Below, piece after piece: positions 1-9,277 of a stretch of 64,000 nt of DNA. The position numbers and the translations under genes are program-made. The notes below the pieces were generated by a model. It ran no database searches and was not told where the DNA came from. It saw nothing but the letters and a program-made list of their open reading frames with translations. The DNA lies in NCBI GenBank assembly GCA_043800555.1, contig JAZDMX010000003.1, forward strand, positions 33,947 through 97,946, in the 5' to 3' direction. Numbering within the stretch: the stretch's first letter is position 1; every line of letters begins with the position of its first letter. The stretch comes from Candidatus Omnitrophota bacterium (GTDB lineage: Bacteria > Omnitrophota > Gorgyraeia > Gygaellales > Profunditerraquicolaceae).

Positions 1-872
1 CCAAACTAGCTTTAGCCGACAGCCGGCTGGAAATAAGCGAAGCTAATTCTTGCGACACAGGCATTGCCATAGGCACAACTTTTGGAAGCCTCTCCAGCAT
101 TTGCGACTTTGATAAAGAAGCGCTCATCGAAGGCGTCCGTTTCGTAAACCCCGCCTTTTTCCCTAATACCGTAATTAACTCTCCCGCAAGCCAAGTTTCC
201 ATAAAATTCAATATCAAAGGTTTTAATATTACTATATCCACCGGTTTTTCAGCAGGTTTAGACGCTATAAATTACGCCTTAAACGCTTTAAGGAACAATC
301 GGGCAAAAATAGCGTTAACCGGCGGAGTGGAAGAATTTTGTATCCAGTCATTTCTAGGTTTTTATAAGGCCGGCTGCCTTACTGATTGCCGGGGAATAGT
401 TTTAGGCGAAGGCTCCGGCATAATCGTGCTGGAAGAATTGGATTTGGCTCTTAAGCGTAAGGCCAGAATTTACGCTGAAGTCCTGGGTTTTGGCACTGCT
501 GTGCAGGATCTAAGGAAATCGATGCGGTTAAGCTTGGAAGAAGCAGGGCTTAAGCCGGAAGAAATCGATTATATAAACGCCGCGGCGAATTCAGCCGAAG
601 AGTTTGGCCTGGAAGAAGCAGGCGCAATCGCAGAGTTGTTTGGAAAAAGGGGGACGCCTGTAAGTTCTATCAAGCCGCTGGTTGGCGAGTCTTATAGCGC
701 TTCAGGCAGCCTGCAAGTTGCCGCGGCAATCAGCGCGATAGATAACCAGATGCTTCCCGGCAAGGCGCTTAATGATTCTCAAGCCCCCAAGATCGAGAAT
801 GTCCTGGTCAATGCCGCAGGCAAAACCGGTTCTAATTCCAGCTTGATAATTTCCAAATTTAAGGGATACTAA
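1..872 (+). CDS. beta-ketoacyl-ACP synthase-like protein, 5'-partial at window edge, predicted NON-catalytic (CLF/KS-beta-like): thiolase fold but Cys-His-His triad absent
   Basis: Reading frame from position 3 translates to a KAS fold. It aligns to FabF across NSPASQVSIKFNIKGFNITISTGFSAGLDAINYALNALRNNRAKIALTGGVEE. The active-site motif ATACTSG is replaced by STGFSAG (Cys to Phe). The NAHGT His motif is replaced by NAAANSA, and the GHxxGAAG His motif by GESYSASG. Stop TAA at 870-872. Confidence 0.75.
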   Translation, partial: KLALADSRLEISEANSCDTGIAIGTTFGSLSSICDFDKEALIEGVRFVNPAFFPNTVINSPASQVSIKFNIKGFNITISTGFSAGLDAINYALNALRNNRAKIALTGGVEEFCIQSFLGFYKAGCLTDCRGIVLGEGSGIIVLEELDLALKRKARIYAEVLGFGTAVQDLRKSMRLSLEEAGLKPEEIDYINAAANSAEEFGLEEAGAIAELFGKRGTPVSSIKPLVGESYSASGSLQVAAAISAIDNQMLPGKALNDSQAPKIENVLVNAAGKTGSNSSLIISKFKGY

Positions 873-877
873 GATAT

Positions 878-1621
878 ATGTTATTCAAAGATAAGGCAGC
901 TATAGTTACGGGCGGCTCAAGAGGCATAGGCAAGGCCTTAGTTTTAATGCTGGCGCAAGAAGGCGCGGATGTTGCTTTTACTTACGTTAAAAGCGTAGAA
1001 GATGCCGAAAAACTATGTTCTGAAATAATAAAGTTAGGCAGGAAGCCGTTTGCCCTGCAAATGGATGTGGCTGACTTTGACAAAGCCAGAGAATTGATAG
1101 AGAGAGTCAAAGAGAATTTCGGCAGGTTGGATGTATTGGTAAATAACGCCGGCATAATCCGGGATAAGGCCTTGATGATGATGTCCAAGGAGGACTGGTT
1201 GCAGGTCATCGATACCAACCTTAACGGGACCTTTAACGTTACCCGGAACGCCATTGTAACTTTCTTAAAACAAAAAAGCGGTTCCATCGTAAATATTACT
1301 TCGGTCAGCGGCGTTGCCGGCATGAGCCGGCAGACTAATTACGCCGCTTCCAAGGCCGGGATCATCGGTTTCACCAAATCCTTGGCCAAGGAAGTTGCGC
1401 CTTATAACATCAGGGTGAATGCGGTTGCCCCCGGTTTTATTGAAACCGATATGATTTCCGGTTTAAAAGATGAATATAAGGAAGAACTAAAGAAGAAGAC
1501 CCCATTGTCCAGGTTAGGAAGGGTTGAAGATGTTTCGGCAGCAGTGAGATTTTTGTTAAGCGAAGGAGCAAGTTTTATCACCGGTCAGACCATTATCGTT
1601 GATGGCGGTTTATTCATTTAA
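878..1621 (+). CDS. 3-oxoacyl-ACP reductase paralog (SDR family, FabG-like)
   Basis: 247 aa. TGGSRGIGKA Rossmann motif, NNAG, and YAASKAG catalytic Tyr/Lys motif. It is a second copy in addition to the housekeeping fabG at 11241. Confidence 0.85.
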   Translation: MLFKDKAAIVTGGSRGIGKALVLMLAQEGADVAFTYVKSVEDAEKLCSEIIKLGRKPFALQMDVADFDKARELIERVKENFGRLDVLVNNAGIIRDKALMMMSKEDWLQVIDTNLNGTFNVTRNAIVTFLKQKSGSIVNITSVSGVAGMSRQTNYAASKAGIIGFTKSLAKEVAPYNIRVNAVAPGFIETDMISGLKDEYKEELKKKTPLSRLGRVEDVSAAVRFLLSEGASFITGQTIIVDGGLFI

Positions 1622-1642
1622 TCTCACGGAAAGGGGGGTAAA

Positions 1643-1891
1643 ATGCTGGATTTGGAGGACGAAATAAGGAGCATGATCGCGGAGATTATTGAGAAAGACC
1701 CCGGCGAAGTTACTCTGGATGCCAAATTCTTCGAGGAATTGGAAATGGATTCGATGATGGCGCTTGAGATTATGGCCGGGATGGAGAAAAAATACAAAAT
1801 TACCATTCCCGAAGAAAAACTTACCAAGCTGACTACTTTAAGAGAAACTGTTACCGTTGCCAGGGAATATCTGGAAAATAAAAATGCTTAA
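1643..1891 (+). CDS. acyl carrier protein (dedicated ACP of accessory cluster)
   Basis: 82 aa, strong SD (AAGGGGGG) 8 nt upstream. LEMDSMMALE phosphopantetheine-attachment Ser motif. Distinct from housekeeping acpP at 12080. Confidence 0.85.
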   Translation: MLDLEDEIRSMIAEIIEKDPGEVTLDAKFFEELEMDSMMALEIMAGMEKKYKITIPEEKLTKLTTLRETVTVAREYLENKNA

Positions 1892-2321
1892 TATCGAAGA
1901 GATTCAAAATATCCTGCCTCAGAAATTCCCTTTTTTAATGATCGACCGGGTTTTGGAGCTGGAACCCGGCAGGAAGATCATCGCGTTAAAGAACATATCT
2001 ATTAATGAAAGTTTTTTTGGCGGGCATTTCCCGGGTATGCCGGTTATGCCGGGAGTTTTGATAATCGAAGCTATGGCCCAGGCTTCGATTATAATGCTCT
2101 ATTCGCCTAAAGATGCTCCCGCGGCCGATAAAACCGCTTATTACCTGGCTTCGGTAAAAGTGAGGTTCTTGCATCCTTTGACCGCGGGCGATCAATTGAA
2201 AATCGAAGTTGAGCCGATTAAAATAATTTCAGGAGCAGGTTTGGTCAAAGCCAGAGCAACTGTGGCTGGTAAAGAAGTTGCCAGCGCAGAATTAAGCTTT
2301 AGCGTTGCTAAGGCCCCGTAA
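1884..2321 (+). CDS. 3-hydroxyacyl-ACP dehydratase, FabZ-like hotdog fold
   Basis: Start ATG overlaps the ACP stop (ATGCTTAA). MLNIEEIQNILPQKFPFLMIDRVLE...FFGGHFPGMPVMPGVLIIEAMAQ matches the FabZ N-terminus and catalytic His region. Confidence 0.85.
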   Translation: MLNIEEIQNILPQKFPFLMIDRVLELEPGRKIIALKNISINESFFGGHFPGMPVMPGVLIIEAMAQASIIMLYSPKDAPAADKTAYYLASVKVRFLHPLTAGDQLKIEVEPIKIISGAGLVKARATVAGKEVASAELSFSVAKAP

Positions 2322-2324
2322 ATA

Positions 2325-3515
2325 ATGGATAAGCGCATTGTCATTACAGGGGTAGGCGTCGTATCTTCCATAGGAATAGGCAAAGAAGATTTTTGGGAAG
2401 CTTTAATCGCCGGGCAATCCGGAATAAGCAAAATTAGTTCTTTTGACACATCCGATTACCCTACCCATTACGGCGGAGAAGTAAAGAACTTTGAGCCTGA
2501 GAACAAAAATATCGGACGGGCCTCGAGCTTAGCCATAGCTTCGGCAAAGCTTGCCGTGAGTGACGCCGGGATCCAGTTAGATAATCTTAGTTCTCAGGAA
2601 ACCGGCGTAGTCATCGGTACCACTATGGGAGAATCTCAAGTTCTTGAAAAATTGAATGACGCTTGGGTAAAACAGGGGATAGAAGCGATAGACCCCAAAT
2701 TAATACCCCAGTATCCCTGCAATGTCCTTTCGTTAAATGTCGGCCAGGAATTAAAACTAGACGGCCCGAATTTTGTCATTCCTAATGCCTGCGCTGCCGG
2801 AAATTATGCCATAGGTTACGCTTATGATCTTATCCGTATGGGTAAGGCTAAAGCAATGTTAGCAGGAGGGTCGGATGCTTTTTCAAGGATAGCCTTCATA
2901 GGCTTTAACCGGCTTCTTGCCGTTGCTTTCGAGAAATGCCGTCCGTTTGATAAAAACAGAAAAGGGATGCTGGTGGCTGAAGGTTCCGGCATGCTCTTTA
3001 TTGAAACGCTGGATGCGGCTTTAAAAAGAGAGGCGAATATTTACGCTGAAATCTTAGGATACGGCTTAAGCTGCGATGCCCATCATATGACCGCGCCTTT
3101 TAGCGAAGGCATCAGCCAAGCCATTGACAAGGCGCTTAAGGCAAGCCAGACCCCCATAGATAAGGTGGATTATTTTAACGCCCATGGGACGGGAACGCCC
3201 GCCAATGACAAGGAAGAATGCCTGGCGATAAAAAAGGTTTTTGGCGATTATTATAAAAAATTACCGGTTAGTTCGATTAAATCCATGCTTGGGCATACCA
3301 TGGGAGCTGCTTCGGCAATCGAAGCGGTCACTTGCGCTTTAGCCGTCAAAAACGACATTATCCCTCCCACGATCAATTTTGAGACTCTGGATGCGGAGTG
3401 CGACATTGATTGCGTGCCGAATGTCGCTCGCAAGGCAAAGGTGGATGTCGCTTTGAACAACGCTTCTGCTTTTGGCGGCAATAACGCGTGTTTGGTGCTT
3501 AGTAAATATCAATAG
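2325..3515 (+). CDS. beta-ketoacyl-ACP synthase, KAS I/II (FabF/FabB) family, catalytically intact
   Basis: 396 aa. Active-site Cys in NACAAGNYAIG, His in NAHGTGTPANDKEE, His in GHTMGAASAIE. Starts 4 nt after the FabZ-like gene. Confidence 0.9.
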   Translation: MDKRIVITGVGVVSSIGIGKEDFWEALIAGQSGISKISSFDTSDYPTHYGGEVKNFEPENKNIGRASSLAIASAKLAVSDAGIQLDNLSSQETGVVIGTTMGESQVLEKLNDAWVKQGIEAIDPKLIPQYPCNVLSLNVGQELKLDGPNFVIPNACAAGNYAIGYAYDLIRMGKAKAMLAGGSDAFSRIAFIGFNRLLAVAFEKCRPFDKNRKGMLVAEGSGMLFIETLDAALKREANIYAEILGYGLSCDAHHMTAPFSEGISQAIDKALKASQTPIDKVDYFNAHGTGTPANDKEECLAIKKVFGDYYKKLPVSSIKSMLGHTMGAASAIEAVTCALAVKNDIIPPTINFETLDAECDIDCVPNVARKAKVDVALNNASAFGGNNACLVLSKYQ

Positions 3516-3518
3516 TGA

Positions 3519-3568
3519 GGGCGGCGCGTCATTTGACTAAACAAGCGCGGGGAAAATGATCGCCGCCC
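3519..3568 (+). terminator. GC-rich hairpin (GGGCGGCG...CGCCGCCC) downstream of KS gene; possible intrinsic terminator with weak U-tract
   Basis: 8-bp perfect GC stem at 3519-3526 / 3561-3568 with a large loop, followed by CTATTTTAT. The U-tract is interrupted, hence low confidence. Confidence 0.35.
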
Positions 3569-3609
3569 CTATTTTATATCCGCAACCTTACAGCCCTGCA
3601 ATTAATCAA

Positions 3610-3637
3610 TTTACCTTTTAATTTTTTATGGTATAAT
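3610..3637 (+). promoter_or_regulatory. putative sigma70 promoter (TTTACC-N16-TGgTATAAT, extended -10) for hydrolase/CrtI-like genes
   Basis: TATAAT at 3632-3637 preceded by TG at 3629-3630, and a -35-like TTTACC at 3610-3615. The first ATG (3647) is only 9 nt downstream, so either the mRNA is leaderless or the true start is the internal Met at 3683. Confidence 0.35.
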
Positions 3638-3646
3638 GCCACTCTT

Positions 3647-4483
3647 ATGGATAATGCAAAACTACGAAAATTTGATTTTCTTATGAAAGGCGATAATGGA
3701 AAAGCGGTTTTGTTGATTCACGGCATTACCGGTACGCCTTCTGAAATGAATTATTTAGGTAAGTCTTTGCACAAGGCTGGTTTTAGCGTGCTTTGCCGGA
3801 CCCTGCCAAAGCATTGCGGCTCCTTGAGGGAGCTAAAGAGCGTTACCTGGCAAGAGATAGCAGATTTTTGCATCAAAGACTTAGAAGGCTTAAAAAAAGA
3901 ATATCGCGATGTTTCTGTGGGCGGGTTATCTATGGGCGCTCTTATGTCGGTCCATCTTGCTTATAAGTACCCTGCTTTAGTCTCTAAGGTTGTTGCTTTG
4001 GCCCCTACCATATTCTATGACGGTTGGGCTGTCCCTAAGCATAAAATATTGATGGATATTTTATGGCACGTGCCTTTCTTGCGCAATAGTATTAATATAA
4101 GAGAGAGCTGGCCTTACGGGTTGAAGAATGAGCTTTTGAGGGCGGGCATAGAAAGGTTTTATCGTAACGCTAAAACAATAGGCAACGACGAAAAGGCGGC
4201 TATTTTCGGCAGTCCGTTTTTTCCAATGAGCTGCCTTTATCAGCACCACCTTTTTACTAAAGTGGTCAAAAAAGAGCTTTCCAGCGTCAAAACTCCTATT
4301 CTTATTATGCATGCCAAGGATGATGATATGACTAGCTCTAAAAACGCGCAATACATGTATAACAGAATCGCCTCTTCGCAGAAAAGCTTAATAATGCTCG
4401 ATGATAGTTATCATATGATAACTATCGATAAGCAAAAACATAAAGTTGCGGAGGAAGTGATTAAGTTCATTAGCGAGCCATAA
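3647..4483 (+). CDS. alpha/beta hydrolase, carboxylesterase Est/YvaK-like
   Basis: AVLLIHGITGTP oxyanion region, GLSMG nucleophile elbow, C-terminal Asp/His region (DDDMTS...SYHMI). An alternative start at 3683 (MKGDNGKAVLLIHG) matches the family N-terminus better. Confidence 0.75.
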   Translation: MDNAKLRKFDFLMKGDNGKAVLLIHGITGTPSEMNYLGKSLHKAGFSVLCRTLPKHCGSLRELKSVTWQEIADFCIKDLEGLKKEYRDVSVGGLSMGALMSVHLAYKYPALVSKVVALAPTIFYDGWAVPKHKILMDILWHVPFLRNSINIRESWPYGLKNELLRAGIERFYRNAKTIGNDEKAAIFGSPFFPMSCLYQHHLFTKVVKKELSSVKTPILIMHAKDDDMTSSKNAQYMYNRIASSQKSLIMLDDSYHMITIDKQKHKVAEEVIKFISEP

Positions 4484-4586
4484 ATGAATAGCGTTATTCG
4501 GAAGCGGCAATTATTTTTCGTCATCTTCTATCCTCTCGGATGAGCTTGAGATTTGACGTAAGCAGCGAAACCTTAATGGCGTTATT

Positions 4587-6095
4587 ATGCGAACAATGGA
4601 ATATGACGCGATTATAATCGGGGCAGGAGCCGCAGGATTGGCTTCTGCCGTTAAATTGTCCTGCCGGGGCAAAAAAATACTCTTAATCGAGAAGCAGCCC
4701 GTAGCCGGAGGCTTTTCCACTACCTTTAACAGGAAGGGTTTTGTTTTTGAGAGCGCTTTGCATTGCGTTGACGGCCTGCAGGAGGCAGGAGAGGTAAGGA
4801 AATTCATTGCAGAATACGGCATCGACAAAAAAATAAATTTTATCGAATTAACTAATTTTAGCCGGATTATCTATCCGGAGCATGATTTTACATCCGGTTT
4901 TGACCACGGGCATCTTATAGATTACCTTAAAGAGAAGTTCCCTCACGAGAAGAGCGGGATCACAAGGCTCTTTTTGGCTTTCGATAAATACTACCGTCAT
5001 TTTGACCGCTTTTACAATTCCAAATTACCTTCGTTTTTGAAGCTTACGTTGACCCCGATTTTGTATCCCGAAATCATCAGGACCGCCTTTATGACCGCGG
5101 ATCAATTTATTAGTAAACATATAAAAGACGTAAAGTTGAAAGGGATTATTACCGATATCTGGAGTTTTATCGGACTGCCGCCATCCAGGGTTTCGGCTTT
5201 TTATTACCTTATTGTCTTCCGGGGGTATTATTATCTGCCTACATTCTATATTAAAGGAAGCTCGAGCGAGCTTTTTAAGGCGATGGTTGAGAAAATAAGG
5301 GAGAATGGTTCCGAGGTGAAATTCAATACCGAAGTTTCCCGTATAGTTACCGAAGGCGGTAAAACCGTTAAAGCCATAGTTACCGATAAAGGAGAAATAT
5401 TTAACACCAGGGTTGTCATAAGTAACGCCAATCCCATAGATACATTTGACAGCCTTATAGATAACGCCGTAATTAAGGGCAAGTATCGTAAGAAGTTATC
5501 GGGTTTGGAGAAATCGATTTCCGCTACCCAGGTATATCTGGGGTTATCGCTGCCGGCGAAGGATTTAGGGATGGACCATTTTATGTTTTCCATAAATACC
5601 AACTATAGCCATGAAGAGGATCTCTCCTGTTGCCTTCGCGGCGATTATGATCATTGTTCTTTATCGTTGGTTGATCACGCCCAGGTGGAACCTGTTCTGG
5701 TGCCTAACGGGAAAGGCAGCCTTTTGATTATGGTCATGGATTCTTATGATAATTGGGATAATCTTTCTCCGGAAGAATATAAGGCTAAGAAGCAAGAGGC
5801 CGCTAAAAAGTTGATTAAACGGGCGGAAGAATATTTGCCGGGGCTAACCAGGGCTATTGAGGTCATGGAAATAGCTACTCCTAAGACTATGGAGCGCTAT
5901 GGTTCTTCGCCTAGAGGCGCTATCTACGGTTTTGCTCAGACTCCGGAGCAGTCAGTTTTTCGCCGGCTTCCCTTGAAAACAGATGTCAGGGGCTTATTCT
6001 TAACCGGCGCCTGGACCCAGCCCGGAGCCGGAATCCATGCTTGTTTTATCTCCGGAATGGATGTTGCAAGTTTAGCTTTGAAATTGTTAAAATGA
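4587..6095 (+). CDS. FAD/NAD(P)-dependent oxidoreductase, phytoene desaturase (CrtI/CrtD) family
   Basis: 502 aa. N-terminal dinucleotide-binding motif YDAIIIGAGAAGLASA...EKQPVAGG. Length and C-terminal GxWTQPGAG motif are typical of the CrtI-like amine-oxidase fold. Confidence 0.8.
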   Translation: MRTMEYDAIIIGAGAAGLASAVKLSCRGKKILLIEKQPVAGGFSTTFNRKGFVFESALHCVDGLQEAGEVRKFIAEYGIDKKINFIELTNFSRIIYPEHDFTSGFDHGHLIDYLKEKFPHEKSGITRLFLAFDKYYRHFDRFYNSKLPSFLKLTLTPILYPEIIRTAFMTADQFISKHIKDVKLKGIITDIWSFIGLPPSRVSAFYYLIVFRGYYYLPTFYIKGSSSELFKAMVEKIRENGSEVKFNTEVSRIVTEGGKTVKAIVTDKGEIFNTRVVISNANPIDTFDSLIDNAVIKGKYRKKLSGLEKSISATQVYLGLSLPAKDLGMDHFMFSINTNYSHEEDLSCCLRGDYDHCSLSLVDHAQVEPVLVPNGKGSLLIMVMDSYDNWDNLSPEEYKAKKQEAAKKLIKRAEEYLPGLTRAIEVMEIATPKTMERYGSSPRGAIYGFAQTPEQSVFRRLPLKTDVRGLFLTGAWTQPGAGIHACFISGMDVASLALKLLK

Positions 6096-6709
6096 GGATT
6101 ACTACCGGTAAGTTCAAGGGCAGGAATATTTGTATGCCCAAGGGCATACGTCCCACCCAAGGCAAAGTCCGAAAAGCTATTTTTGACATTCTCGGAGGCA
6201 TAGAAGGGCTTTCTTTCCTGGAGTTATTCGCCGGTTCAGGGGCAGTGGGCATAGAAGCAGCTTCGCGAGGGGCAAAACAAGTAGTTTTTGTCGAGAATAA
6301 CCCTAATGTCCTCAAAGTGTTATCTTCCAGCATATCCCGATTGCTGCCTACCGTGTATTTGGCTGCCGGCCAACTGGCTCAATACTGCGTATTGCCCCAG
6401 AGCGTTGAAAGCGCGCTAGGACGCTTCAACCGGGAGAAAAAGCGCTTCGATATTATTTTTTTGGACCCTCCTTACCATAATCCCTCGGGTTTCTACCCCG
6501 GAAAAGGGGCCTCCGGGGCCCCGGAATCAAAAAAAACCTTGCAAACTATTGAGGCTTATGATATATTAGCGCCCAATGGTTTAATAGTCGCGCAGCATTT
6601 TGAGAAGGATATCCTCCCCGTTGAGTTGGGAGTTTTAAGCCTGTTTAGGCAGTATAAATACGGCACTACAATTATATCCCTTTATAAAAAACATAGCTTG
6701 GCGGATTAA
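6092..6709 (+). CDS. rsmD: 16S rRNA (guanine966-N2)-methyltransferase RsmD
   Basis: ATGA overlap with the upstream stop. ...KGIRPTQGKVRKAIFDILGG...LELFAGSGAVGIEAASRGA...DPPY motifs. Conserved pairing with coaD downstream. Confidence 0.85.
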   Translation: MRITTGKFKGRNICMPKGIRPTQGKVRKAIFDILGGIEGLSFLELFAGSGAVGIEAASRGAKQVVFVENNPNVLKVLSSSISRLLPTVYLAAGQLAQYCVLPQSVESALGRFNREKKRFDIIFLDPPYHNPSGFYPGKGASGAPESKKTLQTIEAYDILAPNGLIVAQHFEKDILPVELGVLSLFRQYKYGTTIISLYKKHSLAD

Positions 6710-6753
6710 CTCAACCGGCGTATTAAATTCAATAGGCCTGATAAACCAAAAAT

Positions 6754-7242
6754 ATGTGCCAAATAGCCATATACCCCGGTACTTTTGACCCGGTAACTAA
6801 CGGTCATATTGACCTTATCAAGAGGGCGCAAGAGGTATTCCCTGAGATAATCGTAGCTGTTTCCGCTAATCCGCAGAAAGGCCCGCTTTTTGATATTAAA
6901 GAGAGAGTAGGTATGCTTAAAAAGGCTACCGTTAGCTTCAAAGGCGTTGAAGTCGTTGATTTTGACGGTTTGATTGTGGATTATGCGCGTAAACGTAAAG
7001 CCAAGGTCTTGATCAGGGGCTTAAGGATGATTTCGGATTTTGAATATGAATTCCAAATGGCTTTGACAAACAGGAAGCTTTCTCCTGATACCGAGACCAT
7101 TTTCCTTATGCCGCATGAATCATATAGTTACCTTTCTTCAAGGCTTTTGAAGGAAACAGCCGCCTTGGGGGCGGATTTATCGAACTTTGTCCCGAGTTTT
7201 GTCGAAAGGGCGCTTAAAGAAAAATTAGGCGCCAAACAGTGA
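6754..7242 (+). CDS. coaD: phosphopantetheine adenylyltransferase
   Basis: IAIYPGTFDPVTNGHIDLIKRA is the canonical CoaD N-terminus. 162 aa. Confidence 0.95.
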   Translation: MCQIAIYPGTFDPVTNGHIDLIKRAQEVFPEIIVAVSANPQKGPLFDIKERVGMLKKATVSFKGVEVVDFDGLIVDYARKRKAKVLIRGLRMISDFEYEFQMALTNRKLSPDTETIFLMPHESYSYLSSRLLKETAALGADLSNFVPSFVERALKEKLGAKQ

Positions 7243-7324
7243 ACCCGCCGAAAACAGGCGGACGCAGGTAACCGTTAGCATTTTATAACGGGGAGGCGTT
7301 GTTGTATGCGGGGTTTTTAACGGG

Positions 7325-7729
7325 ATGAAAGTCGATACACGAAAAATACCTGATGAAGGGTTAATTATTAGCGAAGAGTTTGGCCCCGAAGAATTAGACC
7401 TGGATACCGAGGTCATCAAGGTTTCCGGGCCGATAAAGGCAAGGGCAACCGTTTCAAAGAGTTATGGCGCTGTTGGCGTGATTTTGGCGCTGGAGGCGCC
7501 GATGGTTATAAACTGCAGCCGTTGCCTGGCAGAAATAAATACCGGTTTTAACAAGCAGGTTGAATTGCATTATGCCGTCGATAAGCTGGAGCCGGTAATT
7601 GAGTTGGATCCGTATATCCGGGAAGAAATAATCTTAAATTATCAAATTAATCCTTTATGCGGCATTAATTGTAAAGGTTTATGCCCTAAATGCGGCAGGA
7701 ATTTAAATGAAGGGGAATGTAACTGTTGA
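7325..7729 (+). CDS. yceD: YceD/DUF177 family protein (large-subunit rRNA accumulation protein), 4-Cys C-terminus
   Basis: Conserved position immediately upstream of rpmF-plsX. CxxC...CxxC motifs (CSRCLAEIN...CKGLCPKCG). Confidence 0.8.
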   Translation: MKVDTRKIPDEGLIISEEFGPEELDLDTEVIKVSGPIKARATVSKSYGAVGVILALEAPMVINCSRCLAEINTGFNKQVELHYAVDKLEPVIELDPYIREEIILNYQINPLCGINCKGLCPKCGRNLNEGECNC

Positions 7730-7771
7730 AAATGGATAACTTTAGTCAACGGTTATCTAGAGGAGGAAAAC

Positions 7772-7972
7772 GTGGCTCTACCTAAGAGAAGGCATTCGAA
7801 AACGCGCGGGCGAAAGCGCCGGACCCATTGGAAAGTAAAGGCGGCGGGCTTAAGCCCTTGCCCGCAATGCAAGCATCCGAAATTAGCGCATAGAGCTTGC
7901 TCTGTTTGCGGTTATTACAAAGGTAAACAGGTCATTGAGATTAAAGTAAAGGAAAAGAAGAAAAGAAGCTAA
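7772..7972 (+). CDS. rpmF: 50S ribosomal protein L32
   Basis: MALPKRRHSKTRGRKRRTHWK and a CPQCK...CSVCGYY zinc ribbon. SD GGAGGA upstream. Confidence 0.95.
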   Translation: MALPKRRHSKTRGRKRRTHWKVKAAGLSPCPQCKHPKLAHRACSVCGYYKGKQVIEIKVKEKKKRS

Positions 7973-8118
7973 AATCGAAGCGGAAAGCCGGAGTCCCGGT
8001 TGCAAATTGCCGAGATATCGTTTACCCAAAACAGCAATGCTTTGCGAACTTGAATATTGCTACGTTTGTCTGCTCGGCAGGCGGGGGTTTCGATATCCGG
8101 ATTTAAGAAGAGGGAAAT

Positions 8119-9108
8119 ATGAAGATAGTGGTAGATGCTATGGGAGGGGATTATGCGCCCGGAGTGGTTATTGATGGCACATTAGCGGCGGTTAAAGAAT
8201 ATGGCGCTGAAGTGACCTTGGTGGGGGATGAAGCTAAGATAAGCCCCTTGCTTAAGAAGTCAGGATATTCCGGCAGTAATGTTTCCATAGTGCACGCGCC
8301 GGAAGCAATCGAAATGTGCGAGCATGCCGCTTTAAGCGTGCGCAGAAAAAGAAATTCTTCTATTGTCATAGGGATAAATTTAGTCAAAACAGGGGCGGCC
8401 GGAGCTTTTTTTAGCGCCGGCAATACCGGGGCGGTGGTATGCGCTGCCACCTTGGGCCTGGGCCTTATCCCCGGGGTTGAAAGGCCCGGGATTGCCATCG
8501 TCACTCCTACCTTAAAAGGCATATCTTTAATCATCGATGTCGGGGCCAATATTGACCCCAAGCCTACCCAGCTTTTACAATACGCGATTATGGCGGATGT
8601 TTACAGCCGGACTATTTTGAATAAAACCAATCCTTCCATAGGGCTGTTGAATATAGGCGAAGAAGAAGCCAAGGGCACTGAATTTGTCCGCCAGACACAC
8701 GAGCTTTTGCAAAAGAGCAACCTTAATTTTGTGGGCAATGTCGAGGGCAAGGATCTTTTCTCGGGCAGGTGCGATATTATTGTTTGCGACGGATTTGTGG
8801 GTAACGTCGCTTTAAAAGTATCCGAAAGCGCCGCAGAAGCGATGCAGGTATTTTTAAAAAGGCATCTTTTAAGCAATCTTTTGGGTAAGATCGGGCTGCT
8901 TTTCTTGTTGCCAAGTTTAAAGCGTTTTAAGAAGGAGCTTGATTATACCGAATATGGCGGTGCCCCCCTGTTGGGAGTTAACGGCGTAACTATTATCGGC
9001 CACGGCCGTTCCAATGTCAAAGCTATTAAAAATGCCATAAGGGTAGCTAAGGAAGAAATAGAGCGTAAGTTCAACGAGAAAATCGTAGAGGCGATTAGCA
9101 AGAGATAA
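8119..9108 (+). CDS. plsX: phosphate acyltransferase PlsX
   Basis: MKIVVDAMGGDYAPGVVIDG N-terminus. 329 aa. Operon context rpmF-plsX-fabH. Confidence 0.95.
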   Translation: MKIVVDAMGGDYAPGVVIDGTLAAVKEYGAEVTLVGDEAKISPLLKKSGYSGSNVSIVHAPEAIEMCEHAALSVRRKRNSSIVIGINLVKTGAAGAFFSAGNTGAVVCAATLGLGLIPGVERPGIAIVTPTLKGISLIIDVGANIDPKPTQLLQYAIMADVYSRTILNKTNPSIGLLNIGEEEAKGTEFVRQTHELLQKSNLNFVGNVEGKDLFSGRCDIIVCDGFVGNVALKVSESAAEAMQVFLKRHLLSNLLGKIGLLFLLPSLKRFKKELDYTEYGGAPLLGVNGVTIIGHGRSNVKAIKNAIRVAKEEIERKFNEKIVEAISKR

Positions 9109-9277
9109 GTTGCCTGTTCCCTGATTCTTCAAAGTAGCCTGGCAGTTGTTGAAGAGGGCGGATGAATACGTTAGCAGGCGGCGGTTAGGGAAATCGTATA
9201 TACTGTAATTAACCGGGCATGATTTTAATAAGGTTTGAGGATATAAATATAATAATGGATAAGAAAGAAGGCAAGGG

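Noticed and set aside
12-194. 60-aa minus-strand ORF at the window start
   Set aside because: Antisense to the KS-like coding region, which has a clear thiolase-fold alignment in the + frame.
3647-3682. Leaderless-mRNA interpretation for the hydrolase gene
   Set aside because: Not rejected outright but not asserted. The internal Met at 3683 matches the family N-terminus (MK...AVLLIHG) better, so the 9-nt spacing between TATAAT and the first ATG may simply reflect the wrong start choice.
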